From: an uncultured Rhizobiaceae group bacterium
GTDB lineage: Bacteria > Pseudomonadota > Alphaproteobacteria > Rhizobiales > Rhizobiaceae
Direction: 5' to 3'
NCBI GenBank assembly: GCA_937930635.1
Contig: CALHCF010000009.1
Location: 68,702 to 132,701 of the forward strand
Length of the DNA: 64,000 bases
The translations under genes and the position numbers were made by a program. Within the stretch, counting starts at the first letter, position 1. Each line of letters begins with the position of its first letter. The notes below the pieces were generated by a model. That model did no database searches. It had not been told where the DNA came from and saw only the letters and a list, made by a program, of their open reading frames with translations. Shown here one piece after another: positions 50,767 through 61,061 of the stretch.

Positions 50767-51507
50767 TTAATGGGCTCCCAGGTAAGCATCGATAACGCGC
50801 TGATCGTTTTGCACTTCATCCGCCGATCCCGACGCAAGCATCTCGCCATGCGCCAGACAGTAAATCGAGTCAGCCATATTCATGATGACACGCATGTTGT
50901 GCTCAATAATAAACAACGTGATGCCAAACTCTGAATTGGCGCGTTTGAGACGGTCTATCAGGCCGTTGATAAGCGTCGGGTTGATGCCTGCTGTCGGTTC
51001 ATCGAGCAGCAACACCGTTGGCTCATTCATCAGAGCCATGGCAAATTCGAGCAACTTCTGCTGGCCAAATGAAAGCGACCCGGCTCGCAAAAAGCGCTTT
51101 TCGTAGAGCCCGACAAATTCCAGCAACCGGTCGGCCCGTTCATGGTCTTCGGGCGTGTTCCGCTTGAAGTTATCCATGAACCGCATTTTGCGAATGGGCA
51201 GTGAGATCAGCATGTTATCAACGCAGTTCATTGCGCTATAAATGCGGGTCTGCTGAAAGGTGCGCAGCAGGCCGAGACGGGCAATCTGCGGCACCTGCAT
51301 CCTGGATATTTCCTTGCCCTCAAACTTGATCGATCCTTTGTCAATCGGGTGGTACCCGACGATCGAATTGAACAAGGTTGTTTTACCGGAACCGTTGGGG
51401 CCTATCAGACCTGTGATTCCGCCCTTCTCGACACTCATTGAAATGTCGTGATTGGCTTTCACGCCCCCATAAGATTTGGAAACGCCGGAGACTTCGATAA
51501 TGCTCAT
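50767..51507 (-). CDS. Liv-type ABC ATP-binding protein (LivG-like)
   Basis: GPNGSGKTT, LSFGQQK, LDEPTAG, VIDAYLG. Confidence 0.92.
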   Translation of the reverse strand: MSIIEVSGVSKSYGGVKANHDISMSVEKGGITGLIGPNGSGKTTLFNSIVGYHPIDKGSIKFEGKEISRMQVPQIARLGLLRTFQQTRIYSAMNCVDNMLISLPIRKMRFMDNFKRNTPEDHERADRLLEFVGLYEKRFLRAGSLSFGQQKLLEFAMALMNEPTVLLLDEPTAGINPTLINGLIDRLKRANSEFGITLFIIEHNMRVIMNMADSIYCLAHGEMLASGSADEVQNDQRVIDAYLGAH

Positions 51508-52550
51508 TCGGCAGGCTCCGCGACAGTGTCATCTTTACTCTCGACACGAACACCAAACCATTCAGGTTTTTTGTGCATCAGCCATCCCATCAGACCGTCC
51601 TGGAAATAAACCACTGTGACAACGATCAGCGCGCCAAGCGCAACCCATTGCCAGCCCAGAAAATAGTTCCAGGTCACTTCCTTGAAGATCTGGAACATGA
51701 TGGCTCCAACAATCGGCCCCCAGAGTGTGCCCTTGCCGCCAAGCAGCACGCAGACAACCATGAAAATACCCAGGTTGATCGTTTGATACGCTGATTCCAG
51801 CGGTTCAAACGAGATCAGCTGAAAAGCCGAAATGCCGCCTACCATGCCGATGAAGAAAGCTGAAAGCGACCATGTGACGAGCTTGTATTTCAGGGTCTGC
51901 AGACCCATTGCTTCAGCCTTTTCCTCGTCATCACGCACAGCATTTATCGCAGCGCCAAAGCGGGTGCTGTAGAGCCATTTGAGAAAGATAAAGAGGATCA
52001 CACCAACTATTGCGAAGGCGAAATAGATGAACAGCTTGGTCTGGTCAAAATCACCCGCATAAACCGGCAGCGTGATGCCTTGTCCGCCACCAACCCAATC
52101 CCAGTTGGATACCAGCTCGCCGGCAGCAATGGCCATGCCAAGTGTGCCAATCGCGAAATACGGGCCGCGCAGACCAAACAGCACATATCCCAATATGAAC
52201 GCGCTGACAGCGCAGAATACACCCGCTCCCAACGTACCCAGCAGAAAGCCGGTAATGTACTGCTGATTGGTGAAGTCGTAGCGCCCGCCACCGGCAGCTC
52301 CCGTATATTCGCCAACATCATAGACCAGTGCGATGGCAATGACCGCAGCAACATACATTCCCGTTCCGTAGAAGAAGATATTGCCCAGCGAGTTGTAACC
52401 CATCTGACCGCCCGTCATGTCCCAGGTCATCGCAACGATGATGAACAGCCAAAGTGTGGCCAGCTGCGTGCTGAAATCAGGAAACAGGAACGGCGCTGCG
52501 ACGATGATCGCCAACAGCACACCGTAAAACCCGGTTTTTTGCATACTCAT
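51504..52550 (-). CDS. Liv-type ABC permease (LivM-like)
   Basis: LRGPYFAIGT, AVRDDEEKAEAMG, LGGKGT. Confidence 0.9.
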   Translation of the reverse strand: MSMQKTGFYGVLLAIIVAAPFLFPDFSTQLATLWLFIIVAMTWDMTGGQMGYNSLGNIFFYGTGMYVAAVIAIALVYDVGEYTGAAGGGRYDFTNQQYITGFLLGTLGAGVFCAVSAFILGYVLFGLRGPYFAIGTLGMAIAAGELVSNWDWVGGGQGITLPVYAGDFDQTKLFIYFAFAIVGVILFIFLKWLYSTRFGAAINAVRDDEEKAEAMGLQTLKYKLVTWSLSAFFIGMVGGISAFQLISFEPLESAYQTINLGIFMVVCVLLGGKGTLWGPIVGAIMFQIFKEVTWNYFLGWQWVALGALIVVTVVYFQDGLMGWLMHKKPEWFGVRVESKDDTVAEPAE

Positions 52551-52561
52551 GATCGGCCCCT

Positions 52562-53494
52562 CTACTGCAATACCTGGCGGTTACGTCTCTGCTGCAACAG
52601 GCGGTAAACGAGAACCGCCAGCAGCAGCATGACGGCAATCGCCTGCTGATAACCGATACCAAAGATATGGCTGCCATATTGTTCTGCCGCTCCGATACCC
52701 AGACCGGCAGCAATCACGCCCGGCAAATTGCCCAGGCCAGCGGCAGTAACGATGACAAAGGCCCGCACCGAATAGGTGATGCCGTAGAAGGGCTGGATTA
52801 CCCAGACCATCACGATGATGGCTCCTGCGGCGCCGCAAATGGCTGAATTGAGCGAGAAGGTAAATGCGTAAACCTTTTCAGTATCAATGCCTAACACCCG
52901 CGCAGCACGCGCATCCTGCGCCGTGGCACGGATCGCCTGCCCCATGCGGCTGCGTTTCATGAACAGGATCACGCCGGTAGCGAGTATCGCGGCAAGAATA
53001 ACCCCGATCACCTTGGCGGCGGGAAGGTCAATCAACCCGTCAGCGAAATAATAGTTGTTTTGAAGCCCCAGGGCACTGACATCCAACACGAGGCTTTGGG
53101 TGTCTGAACCGAACAGCAAATTCATGATCTGAGCGTACATGATTGCCAGCCCAAAGGTCGCCAGCAAAGAGGTGAACAGATCACGCTCAATCACGCGTGA
53201 AATCACCAGCTTGTAGGTCAGCCAGCCGATCCCCCACATCACCACGAAGGCAACAGGCACTCCCAACAGCGGGTGCAGACCGTATGTTGTCGCCAGCCAC
53301 CATGACACATAACCGCCGCCAATCACGAAATCGCCCTGTGCGAGGTTTTTGACGTTCATCACCCCCCAGACCAGAGCCAGTCCATAAGCGGCCAGCGCAA
53401 AGAGCGCCCCGATCATGATGCCGTCGATAATGATTTTCAGATTGACCACCGGAAACTGAATCAGCAGGTCAATGTTCCCCAATATCTGATCCAT
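52562..53494 (-). CDS. Liv-type ABC permease (LivH-like)
   Basis: GLALVWGVM..NLAQG, GQAIRATAQD..AARVLGI. Confidence 0.9.
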   Translation of the reverse strand: MDQILGNIDLLIQFPVVNLKIIIDGIMIGALFALAAYGLALVWGVMNVKNLAQGDFVIGGGYVSWWLATTYGLHPLLGVPVAFVVMWGIGWLTYKLVISRVIERDLFTSLLATFGLAIMYAQIMNLLFGSDTQSLVLDVSALGLQNNYYFADGLIDLPAAKVIGVILAAILATGVILFMKRSRMGQAIRATAQDARAARVLGIDTEKVYAFTFSLNSAICGAAGAIIVMVWVIQPFYGITYSVRAFVIVTAAGLGNLPGVIAAGLGIGAAEQYGSHIFGIGYQQAIAVMLLLAVLVYRLLQQRRNRQVLQ

Positions 53495-53596
53495 AGATCA
53501 GCCTCTCCTTCCAGGCCCGGCCAGCGCCGAACACAAGAACAGCCGACATGCGTCAGCACTCTTTTGCAGATGGCTTCTCCAGCGACTACCTGCCTT

Positions 53597-53627
53597 AAAA
53601 AAAGGGGACCGGGTTGGCCCGGCCCCC
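53597..53627 (-). terminator. Intercistronic terminator-like hairpin after the substrate-binding protein gene
   Basis: Minus strand GGGGGCCGGG-ccaa-CCCGGTCCCC-TTTTTTT. Confidence 0.8.
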
Positions 53628-53644
53628 AATTGTCAGCCCGGTGT

Positions 53645-54877
53645 TTAAGAACCAGGTTTGCGTGGGTAATTCACCTTGTGGCTGGCGAACGCAGACGGGG
53701 CGACAACATTGTATTTGCCGTCCTGGATCTGACGCAGAACCATGGGCTTGGCAATGTTATTGCCAGCGTCTGAGAACTTGATACCGCCATAGAAGGTTTT
53801 CATGTCGGTTGCTGCGATAGCGTCGCGCACCTTCTCCTTGTCCAGCGAACCTGCGCGCTCAAAAGCATCCTTGTAGACATAGATCGCGGCAGAAGCCTGA
53901 GCAGTCTGATAAGGGACTTTCTTCTTTGCATATTCTGGATAAGCAGCCTTGAATTCAGTTTCATAATTCGCGGCCGTACCGAAGATGGGATCCTCGTAAG
54001 TCAGCGTTTCAGCCCACTGGGTCGAGCACAGGATATCGTTTGCAGATGCCCCGAAATTGCCGGTTACGTCAGCAGCTTCACAATGTGTCATTGCGATCAT
54101 TGGCGCTGCAATTTTCTGCTCACCGATCTGACGCACGGCAGTCGCGGCACCTTTTGAATGGCCCGAAACAACCAGAAGATCAGGCTTGAGCAGCTTAACC
54201 TTGGTCAAAATCGCGGTCATGTCTGAAAGATCGCGCGGCAGTTTTTCGTCGATGACGACCTTCATGCCGGCTTTTTTGGAATCTTCCATCACACCTGCAC
54301 GAATATCGAGAGAGAATGGGTCATTCTCAACCGCAATAGCCACTTTCACGTCAGCAGCAGTCTTGCCTGCTTCCTTGGCTTTCTCTTCGGCAAGTGCCAC
54401 AGCTGAAGCAAGATACTGCTCAGATGTGGACAAAACAGCGAAGAGATATTTGTAGCCTTTGTTGAAAAGTGAACGCGATGCACCTTCCGCTTCGATCATC
54501 GGGATCTTGTACTTCTCGGTAACCGGCGCGATGGCTTTGGTCATGCCCGATGAATAGGGCCCAAGCATATACTGGACCTTGTCCTGATTGATCAGACGCT
54601 CCGCCAGAGTGGCAGCACGGTCGCCCTTGGACTCGTCGTCATAGTAGGTGACTTTGAAGTTGTAGCATTTGTCGCCCATCTTCACGCCACCGTTTTCTGC
54701 AATCTTCTTGATCGCAAATTCGTAGCCGTTTTGTGTGTGGACACCGTTGGTTGCATATTTGCCGGTCAACGAGATCGCCGCGCCGATTCTGATGTCTTCG
54801 CAATCAGCTGCCGCCGCAATTGCCGTCGATGCCAGCAATGCGCCAATGGCCAAAGATACAGTTTTCGTTTTCATCAT
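53645..54877 (-). CDS. Liv-type amino acid ABC substrate-binding protein
   Basis: Signal peptide MMKTKTVSLAIGALLASTAIAAA, IGAAISLTG, YYDDES, LGPYSS; RBS GGGAGG. Confidence 0.9.
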   Translation of the reverse strand: MMKTKTVSLAIGALLASTAIAAAADCEDIRIGAAISLTGKYATNGVHTQNGYEFAIKKIAENGGVKMGDKCYNFKVTYYDDESKGDRAATLAERLINQDKVQYMLGPYSSGMTKAIAPVTEKYKIPMIEAEGASRSLFNKGYKYLFAVLSTSEQYLASAVALAEEKAKEAGKTAADVKVAIAVENDPFSLDIRAGVMEDSKKAGMKVVIDEKLPRDLSDMTAILTKVKLLKPDLLVVSGHSKGAATAVRQIGEQKIAAPMIAMTHCEAADVTGNFGASANDILCSTQWAETLTYEDPIFGTAANYETEFKAAYPEYAKKKVPYQTAQASAAIYVYKDAFERAGSLDKEKVRDAIAATDMKTFYGGIKFSDAGNNIAKPMVLRQIQDGKYNVVAPSAFASHKVNYPRKPGS

Positions 54878-55131
54878 TTCTTCCTCCCGAAATTTGATGT
54901 GATGAACATTATTCGCAAAGCGCGTCGCAATGCAACGGCCTGAGCGGTGTTTGAAGCTTTTGTGGGACAAGCCATACGCTCGCACAGGCGGGTCCTGTTA
55001 GGTCAAACCTTTCCACATCTTGTCCCGCAAGCTCATTAAAAACGCCCCTCGCGCTTAAAATTTGTTGCGTGTATAAACTTTTGATCATGGCCACAAAGGC
55101 CTGTCCAACATGCCGGAATATCGCTCTGTCC

Positions 55132-56631
55132 ATGACGAAACACTCTGATATTTTCATTATTGGCGGCGGTATCAATGGGGTAGGCATTGCCCGTGATGCG
55201 GCAGGACGCGGTTATTCCGTAACACTTTGCGAGATGGATGATCTGGCCAGTGGAACGTCGAACTGGTCTTCAAAGCTGATCCATGGCGGGGTTCGCTATC
55301 TGGAACATTACGAATTTTTATTGGTGCGCAAAGCGCTCAAGGAACGAGAAGTTCTTTGGGCCGCGGCTCCCCATATCATCCATCCAATGCGGTTCATATT
55401 GCCGCACCACAAAGATCTGCGCCCGGCGTGGCTCCTGAGGCTGGGCCTCTTTCTCTATGACCATATTGGTGGCCGCAAGCTTTTGCCCGCTACAAAGACT
55501 GTTGATCTCGCAAGCGGCATATTCGGAAAACCGCTTAAACCGATGTTCAAAAAGGGCTTTCAGTATTCCGATTGTCAGGTAGACGACGCGCGTCTCGTGA
55601 TCCTTAACGCCATGGATGCACAGGCAAAGGGGGCTGACATTGCGGTGCAGACTGAATGTGTTTCAGCACGGCGCGAGGGATCAAAATGGTTGCTGGAGAC
55701 ACGCGACGCCAAAAGCGGCCAAATCACCAAACACAGCGCCAGCGTGGTTATCAACGCCGCTGGCCCCTGGGTCGACCGGGTTCTTGGCAGCACTTTTGGG
55801 CGCAATGATGCCGCCAATGTACGAATGGTTCAGGGCAGTCATATCGTGGTGCCCAGACTGTTTGAACATGACAATTGTTATATCTTCCAGAATGCTGATG
55901 ACCGCATCATTTTTGCCATTCCCTACACAGCCGAAACAACGCTGATCGGGACAACAGATCAGGATTATGAAGGCGATCCGCGCGATGCCAGGATCACACC
56001 AGAAGAGACCGACTACCTTTGTGACGCTGCATCGGAGTATTTCGAGAAGCCGGTTTTTAAGGACCACATCCTGTGGAGCTATTGTGGTGTTCGTCCGCTC
56101 TATGATGATGGTGCCTCCGCTGCCAAGGAAGCCACACGCGATTATGTCTTTCGACAAGAAGGCGACGGCGAAAAAGAAGCAGCCCTGATCAACATCTTCG
56201 GCGGGAAAATTACCACCTATCGCGAGCTTGCCGAGCGAATGATAGAGAAAATCGAGGACATTTTGGGCACTAAAGGACGCCCGTGGACCGCCAGAGCGCA
56301 CCTGCCGGGCGGCAATATTCCGGTTCAAGGGTTTAGCGCCTTTGTTACAAAAATGAGCAAACGCTATCCCTTTATGGAGACCACTCAGGCCAGGCGCATG
56401 TGCGCGGCCTACGGGACCCATCTGACCATGGTGTTGGGCGAAGCCAGCTCAGTTGATCAATTGGGCGAGGATTTCGGTTCAGGCCTTTATGAGGTGGAAG
56501 TGCGCTATCTGATGACAAATGAATGGGCCCGCACAGCAGACGATATTGTCTGGCGCCGCAGCAAACTGGGCCTGATCATGGACGATAAGCAAATCGCAAA
56601 GCTTGATGACTGGATGAAAGAAAATGCCTGA
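55132..56631 (+). CDS. glpD: FAD-dependent glycerol-3-phosphate dehydrogenase
   Basis: IIGGGINGVG.ARDAAGRG, SSKLIHGGVRYLE, GVRPL, GGKITTYR, WRRSKLG; no glp or ery neighbours, so an EryB-like role is not excluded. Confidence 0.88.
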   Translation: MTKHSDIFIIGGGINGVGIARDAAGRGYSVTLCEMDDLASGTSNWSSKLIHGGVRYLEHYEFLLVRKALKEREVLWAAAPHIIHPMRFILPHHKDLRPAWLLRLGLFLYDHIGGRKLLPATKTVDLASGIFGKPLKPMFKKGFQYSDCQVDDARLVILNAMDAQAKGADIAVQTECVSARREGSKWLLETRDAKSGQITKHSASVVINAAGPWVDRVLGSTFGRNDAANVRMVQGSHIVVPRLFEHDNCYIFQNADDRIIFAIPYTAETTLIGTTDQDYEGDPRDARITPEETDYLCDAASEYFEKPVFKDHILWSYCGVRPLYDDGASAAKEATRDYVFRQEGDGEKEAALINIFGGKITTYRELAERMIEKIEDILGTKGRPWTARAHLPGGNIPVQGFSAFVTKMSKRYPFMETTQARRMCAAYGTHLTMVLGEASSVDQLGEDFGSGLYEVEVRYLMTNEWARTADDIVWRRSKLGLIMDDKQIAKLDDWMKENA

Positions 56632-56702
56632 AAGCGGGAAACCATTTCCTGCAAAAAACGTTGAAATACAATAAGGCACCTTTGGTCTGTCGAAAGGACG
56701 GT

Positions 56703-57968
56703 ATGCTTACAAACACCCGCCAGACATACGGTCTGATTGCCCAGATTCTGCACTGGATCACGGCGGTTCTGATCCTGACCCTGATACCACTGGGCGTGTT
56801 CATGCACGAACTTCCCATCGCGACTGAAGCAGAGGTTGTCTACAAATCCTGGTTCTATTCACTCCACAAAACCCTCGGTGTGACGGTGTTTTTTGTCGCT
56901 GTTGTGCGGGTGCTGTGGGCGATTTCGCAACCGCGCCCCTATGGGCTCAATGAAGAACGGAAACTGGAGCATCTGGCTGCGCAAACTGTGCATTGGGTAC
57001 TCTACGGGTCGATCATCGCAATGCCGCTTACGGGCTGGTTGCATCATTCCGCAACACAGGGTTTTGCCCCAATATGGTGGACCCTGCCTCAGGATTTGCC
57101 GCTTGTGCCAAAGAATGAAGCACTTGCGATGTTTTTTCAAAGCGCTCACTTCCTTTGCGGCCTGTTGCTCGGCGCTTCTCTCCTCCTTCACATTCTGGGG
57201 GCTTTCAAACATGCGCTGATTGATAAGGATGCGACGCTGGCCCGCATGATGCCGGGTAGCAATCCAGCGGTGGTTGTTGGTGATACCGAAACAGATCAGA
57301 ACAAACTTCCCGCCATTCTTGCAGTTCTGGCTTTTCTGGCAGTGGGTGCGACCGCTTTCATGATCAATACAGCCAACACATCCACCAGTTCTGTCGGCAC
57401 GACATTGGGTACGACAATGGATACGACGCCGGCCACAACATTGGCCAAGCAACCGGCATCCAGGTCAGGCTCACAGTGGCTGGTCGACCATCAAAAAAGT
57501 GCACTCAGAATTGAGATCGTCCAGTCCGGCGCCAAGGTTTCGGGGATTTTTGAGAACTGGAATGCTTCCATCGATCTTGATCCAGAGAACCTGAAATCGG
57601 CAAAAATTGAGGTGGATGTCGATGTGGCAAGCCTGTCTCTTGGCAGTGTCGCTGATCAGGCCAAGGGACCGGACTTTCTCAACATATCGCAATATCCCAA
57701 AGGCCGCTTTGTTTCTCATAACATCACCAACAGCGGAGACGGTGCTTATCAGGCGGAGGGAGAATTGACGCTGGTTGGCCAAACCAGACCGCTCAAATTG
57801 CATTTCACCCTGAAGATCGAGAACGACCGCGCCTTTGCCGAGGCTGAGACCATTATCAAACGACTGGACTTCGGCCTGGGCGAAAAAGGGTTTTTAAACG
57901 ACAGTCAGGTGGGCTTTGAAGTGAGAGTTGAAGCTGTACTTGAAGCGACAAGATCAGCTTCACCCTGA
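56703..57968 (+). CDS. Cytochrome b561 (YceJ-like) fused to a YceI-like domain
   Basis: LHWITA, SLHKTLG, VHWVLY..PLTG, HILGAFKH, Thr-rich linker, then W.VD..S, GPDFLN..YP, RLDFGLG. Confidence 0.88.
   Translation: MLTNTRQTYGLIAQILHWITAVLILTLIPLGVFMHELPIATEAEVVYKSWFYSLHKTLGVTVFFVAVVRVLWAISQPRPYGLNEERKLEHLAAQTVHWVLYGSIIAMPLTGWLHHSATQGFAPIWWTLPQDLPLVPKNEALAMFFQSAHFLCGLLLGASLLLHILGAFKHALIDKDATLARMMPGSNPAVVVGDTETDQNKLPAILAVLAFLAVGATAFMINTANTSTSSVGTTLGTTMDTTPATTLAKQPASRSGSQWLVDHQKSALRIEIVQSGAKVSGIFENWNASIDLDPENLKSAKIEVDVDVASLSLGSVADQAKGPDFLNISQYPKGRFVSHNITNSGDGAYQAEGELTLVGQTRPLKLHFTLKIENDRAFAEAETIIKRLDFGLGEKGFLNDSQVGFEVRVEAVLEATRSASP
57396..57443 (+). repeat. Degenerate 12-bp tandem repeat x4 (GTTL/GTTM/DTTP/ATTL linker)
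   Basis: ggcacgacattg ggtacgacaatg gatacgacgccg gccacaacattg. Confidence 0.65.
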
Positions 57969-58009
57969 GGCAAGCCAGGTGGAAACGAAGCCGACAAACA
58001 GCCAGGCGG

Positions 58010-59593
58010 TCACCAGCCCATGGCGCAACCATCTTTACGCGGGTCGCTGCCACCGGTCAGAACGCCGGTTTCCCAATTGATGGCGATGCCCTGTGATCCG
58101 CCAATAGGCCCTGCTGCGCGATTGATTGTGTGGCCCTTGGCTCGCAACGCTTCCACAACTGCATCCGGCACAGCGCCTTCAATCTCCACTTCGCCGGTAA
58201 ACGGATCGACCATCCAGCGCGGCGCATCCTGCGTCTCCTGAATATCGAGACCGTAATCAAAGTAGCGGGTCAGGAACTGCATGTGGCCCATCGCCTGATA
58301 TTCGCCCCCCATGACGCCAAAACTCATGATGGTCTTATCGTCCTTCTGCACCATCGCCGGAATAATGGTGTGCAGCGGACGTTTTCGCGGTGCGATGCAA
58401 TTGGGATGCCCTTTTTCCAGAACGAACCCCTCTCCGCGGTTGGTCAGAACAATCCCGGATTTCGGCGTGGTGATGCCACCACCCCAGCCCCAGAAAAGCG
58501 TGTTGATGAACGACACCGCATTGCGATCCTTATCGACCACAGAGATATAAACCGTGTCCTTGTGCGGTGGCAGATCAAGTGCGTTGGTTGGGTGTTTCGA
58601 CCTATCGGGGTCAATGTCATCAAACAGCTGTTTGGCATATGCCTTTGACAACAGTGCATCGACAGGCACATCAACTTGCGCCGGATCGCCCAGATAGACC
58701 CCGCGCGACGCGTAGCCACGACGGCAGGCTTCAAGCTCTAGATGAATCCGTTCGGCAGACAACATGTCATCTGCAACCGGAGCAATTTCCATCATGTTCA
58801 TGAGCAGAAGGGCAATCATCCCCTGCCCCTGCGGTGGACACTCAACAATCGTATGACCGCGATAGCGCGTATTGATCGGCGTGACATATTCACCTTTCGC
58901 TTCGGCAAAATCTTCCAGTGTGTGCAGACCGCCTTTGGCCTGCAATGTCTCGACCATTTCCACGGCGAGATGGCCTTCATAAAAGACTTCGCGACCTTCG
59001 CGACCAATTGCCTCCAATGCATCGGCAAGACCTGGTTGTTTATGGATGGTGCCGGCGGCGGGCGCTGGCAGGAAAATACGGGCAAGATTTTCGTCACTCG
59101 CCAGATGATCCGCGTTGCTCGCCCAATCGCTGGCAACGCGGGACCCGACCGGATAACCGTTGCGCGCATAATCAACGGCAGGTTTCAACAGATCAGCAAG
59201 GGGCATTGTTCCGTGATCAGCATTGAGCTGACACCAGGCATCCACGGCTCCAGGGATGATTACAGAATGTGGTGACGTTCTCTCCAATTGCGTGACGCCC
59301 AGCTCTGCGAGCTTCTCAACCGTCGCAGCTGCGGGTGCTCGGCCTGAACCATTGAAGGCATGAACTTTGGTTTTGCCCTCAGGTGCAAAGAGTGCAAAGC
59401 AGTCTCCACCAATCCCGGTCGACCCAGGCTCGACTACACATTGCACCGCCACCGCCGCGATTGCCGCATCCATGGCATTGCCACCCGCCTTCAACACATC
59501 AATTGCCGATTGGGTGGAAAGAGGGTTGGAAGTTGCGGCCATGCCATTGGTCGCGTTAACCGGCGAGCGACCGGGAAGTTCAAGGTTCCGCAT
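58010..59593 (-). CDS. ggt: Gamma-glutamyltransferase family protein (cytoplasmic)
   Basis: GGNAMDAA, TGIGGD, DTVY (nucleophile Thr), PRKRPLHTIIP, GVMGG, SDPRKDG; no signal peptide. Confidence 0.92.
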   Translation of the reverse strand: MRNLELPGRSPVNATNGMAATSNPLSTQSAIDVLKAGGNAMDAAIAAVAVQCVVEPGSTGIGGDCFALFAPEGKTKVHAFNGSGRAPAAATVEKLAELGVTQLERTSPHSVIIPGAVDAWCQLNADHGTMPLADLLKPAVDYARNGYPVGSRVASDWASNADHLASDENLARIFLPAPAAGTIHKQPGLADALEAIGREGREVFYEGHLAVEMVETLQAKGGLHTLEDFAEAKGEYVTPINTRYRGHTIVECPPQGQGMIALLLMNMMEIAPVADDMLSAERIHLELEACRRGYASRGVYLGDPAQVDVPVDALLSKAYAKQLFDDIDPDRSKHPTNALDLPPHKDTVYISVVDKDRNAVSFINTLFWGWGGGITTPKSGIVLTNRGEGFVLEKGHPNCIAPRKRPLHTIIPAMVQKDDKTIMSFGVMGGEYQAMGHMQFLTRYFDYGLDIQETQDAPRWMVDPFTGEVEIEGAVPDAVVEALRAKGHTINRAAGPIGGSQGIAINWETGVLTGGSDPRKDGCAMGW

Positions 59594-59732
59594 GGAGAAG
59601 GTCCAGTTTGATTTCTCTGTTTCTTTCCAGTGAAGTAAACACTGACCGGTGTTGGGCGCAAGAAGTGTTCTGGATTTCGTTCCAAAGCAATGCCATAGCA
59701 ACCGCAGGAGTACCAAAATCCGGGAACTGCGA

Positions 59733-61061
59733 ATGTCTCAATCTGTCGCCCTTCATGAGCTGTCGAAAATGACCGTTGACCAACGGTCCGAACTGCTTTT
59801 GCGTGCTGAAGACGATCTTTCCCCGTTCATCGAAAAGGCCGCACCAATAATCGACAGGGTTCGCCGGGAAGGTGATGCCGCGCTGGTGCACTTTGCCAGA
59901 GAGTTTGATGGTGCTGAGTTTTCGGCTGATAGCATTGGCGCAAGCGACGCAGATTTTGAAAACGCGTATGCAGCTTTGGATGAGGAGTTCATTGATGTCC
60001 TGCGCTATGCAGCCGACAACATCCGCCGCTTTCATCAGGAGCAATTGCCGAAGAAGGAATGGATGATGGAAATCCGTCCCGGCGCCCATGTCGGTGAGCG
60101 GTTCTTTCCTATCGATTCTGTTGCCTGCTATTCGCCGCGTGGCAAAGGCTCGTTTCCATCGGTCACGTTGATGAGTGTCATTCCAGCTGTTGTTGCAGGG
60201 GTTCCCGAAATCATTGTCCTTACGCCTCCAGGGCCGGATGGCAAGATTGATCCGGCTACGCTGGTCGCCGCCGATATCAGCGGAACAAGGAAAGTCTTCA
60301 AGGCCGGTGGTGCCCAGGCTGTTGCCGCCGCAGCCTATGGGACGCAGACGATTCCAAGATGCGTGAAGATTGAAGGTCCGGGAAGTCCCTGGCTGGCGGC
60401 GGCCAAGACCCTGCTTGCCAACCGCATCGATCCCGGCATGCCAGCCGGACCATCTGAGTCCATCGTCTTTGCAGATGCATCAGCCAACGGCAAAATTGCA
60501 GCGCTCGATACAATCATTGAATCTGAGCACGGCGATGATTCATCCGTCTTTCTCGTTACGACATCCAATGAAGTTGCCGAAGTCGCGCGCGATGCCATTC
60601 CCCGCTACTGGAAGGAAATGAGCGCCGAAAGAGCGGGATATTCCAGTGCGGTGCTCAACAGCAGCAGCGGAGGTATTGTGTTATGCGAGACCGAGCAGCA
60701 GGCCTACGACTTCATCAACGACTATGCGCCCGAACATTTGCAGATCCTGTCTCAAGCCCCTCGCCAGCATCTTGACCAAATCCGCAATGCCTCCGAAATC
60801 CTGTTGGGGCACGACACCCCCGGTTCAATTGCCAATTACATGATGGGGCCGAACTGTGTTCTCCCCACTTCTGGTGCCGCAAAAACCCGGTCTCCTCTGG
60901 GCGTAATGAACTTCATGAAAAGTTGTTCAGTAGGAGAGCTAAAGCGGGAAGGCTTTGAAGAAATGGCTCCCAAGACCAGGGTTTTTGCGACCTATGAAGG
61001 GTTTGACGCGCATGCCAACGCGGTCAGCGCAATGCGCCGGGATGCTCTGGGAAATAGTTAG
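59733..61061 (+). CDS. Histidinol dehydrogenase homolog with altered metal ligands
   Basis: AGGAQAVAA.AYGT, GPG, AGPSE, APEHL retained, but IESEH (usually QAEH) and ANY..GPNCVLPT (usually GDY..GPNHVLPT). Confidence 0.85.
   Translation: MSQSVALHELSKMTVDQRSELLLRAEDDLSPFIEKAAPIIDRVRREGDAALVHFAREFDGAEFSADSIGASDADFENAYAALDEEFIDVLRYAADNIRRFHQEQLPKKEWMMEIRPGAHVGERFFPIDSVACYSPRGKGSFPSVTLMSVIPAVVAGVPEIIVLTPPGPDGKIDPATLVAADISGTRKVFKAGGAQAVAAAAYGTQTIPRCVKIEGPGSPWLAAAKTLLANRIDPGMPAGPSESIVFADASANGKIAALDTIIESEHGDDSSVFLVTTSNEVAEVARDAIPRYWKEMSAERAGYSSAVLNSSSGGIVLCETEQQAYDFINDYAPEHLQILSQAPRQHLDQIRNASEILLGHDTPGSIANYMMGPNCVLPTSGAAKTRSPLGVMNFMKSCSVGELKREGFEEMAPKTRVFATYEGFDAHANAVSAMRRDALGNS

Noticed and set aside
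59733-61061. Naming it hisD or hpsN
   Set aside because: Metal ligands deviate from HisD and no hps neighbours support HpsN
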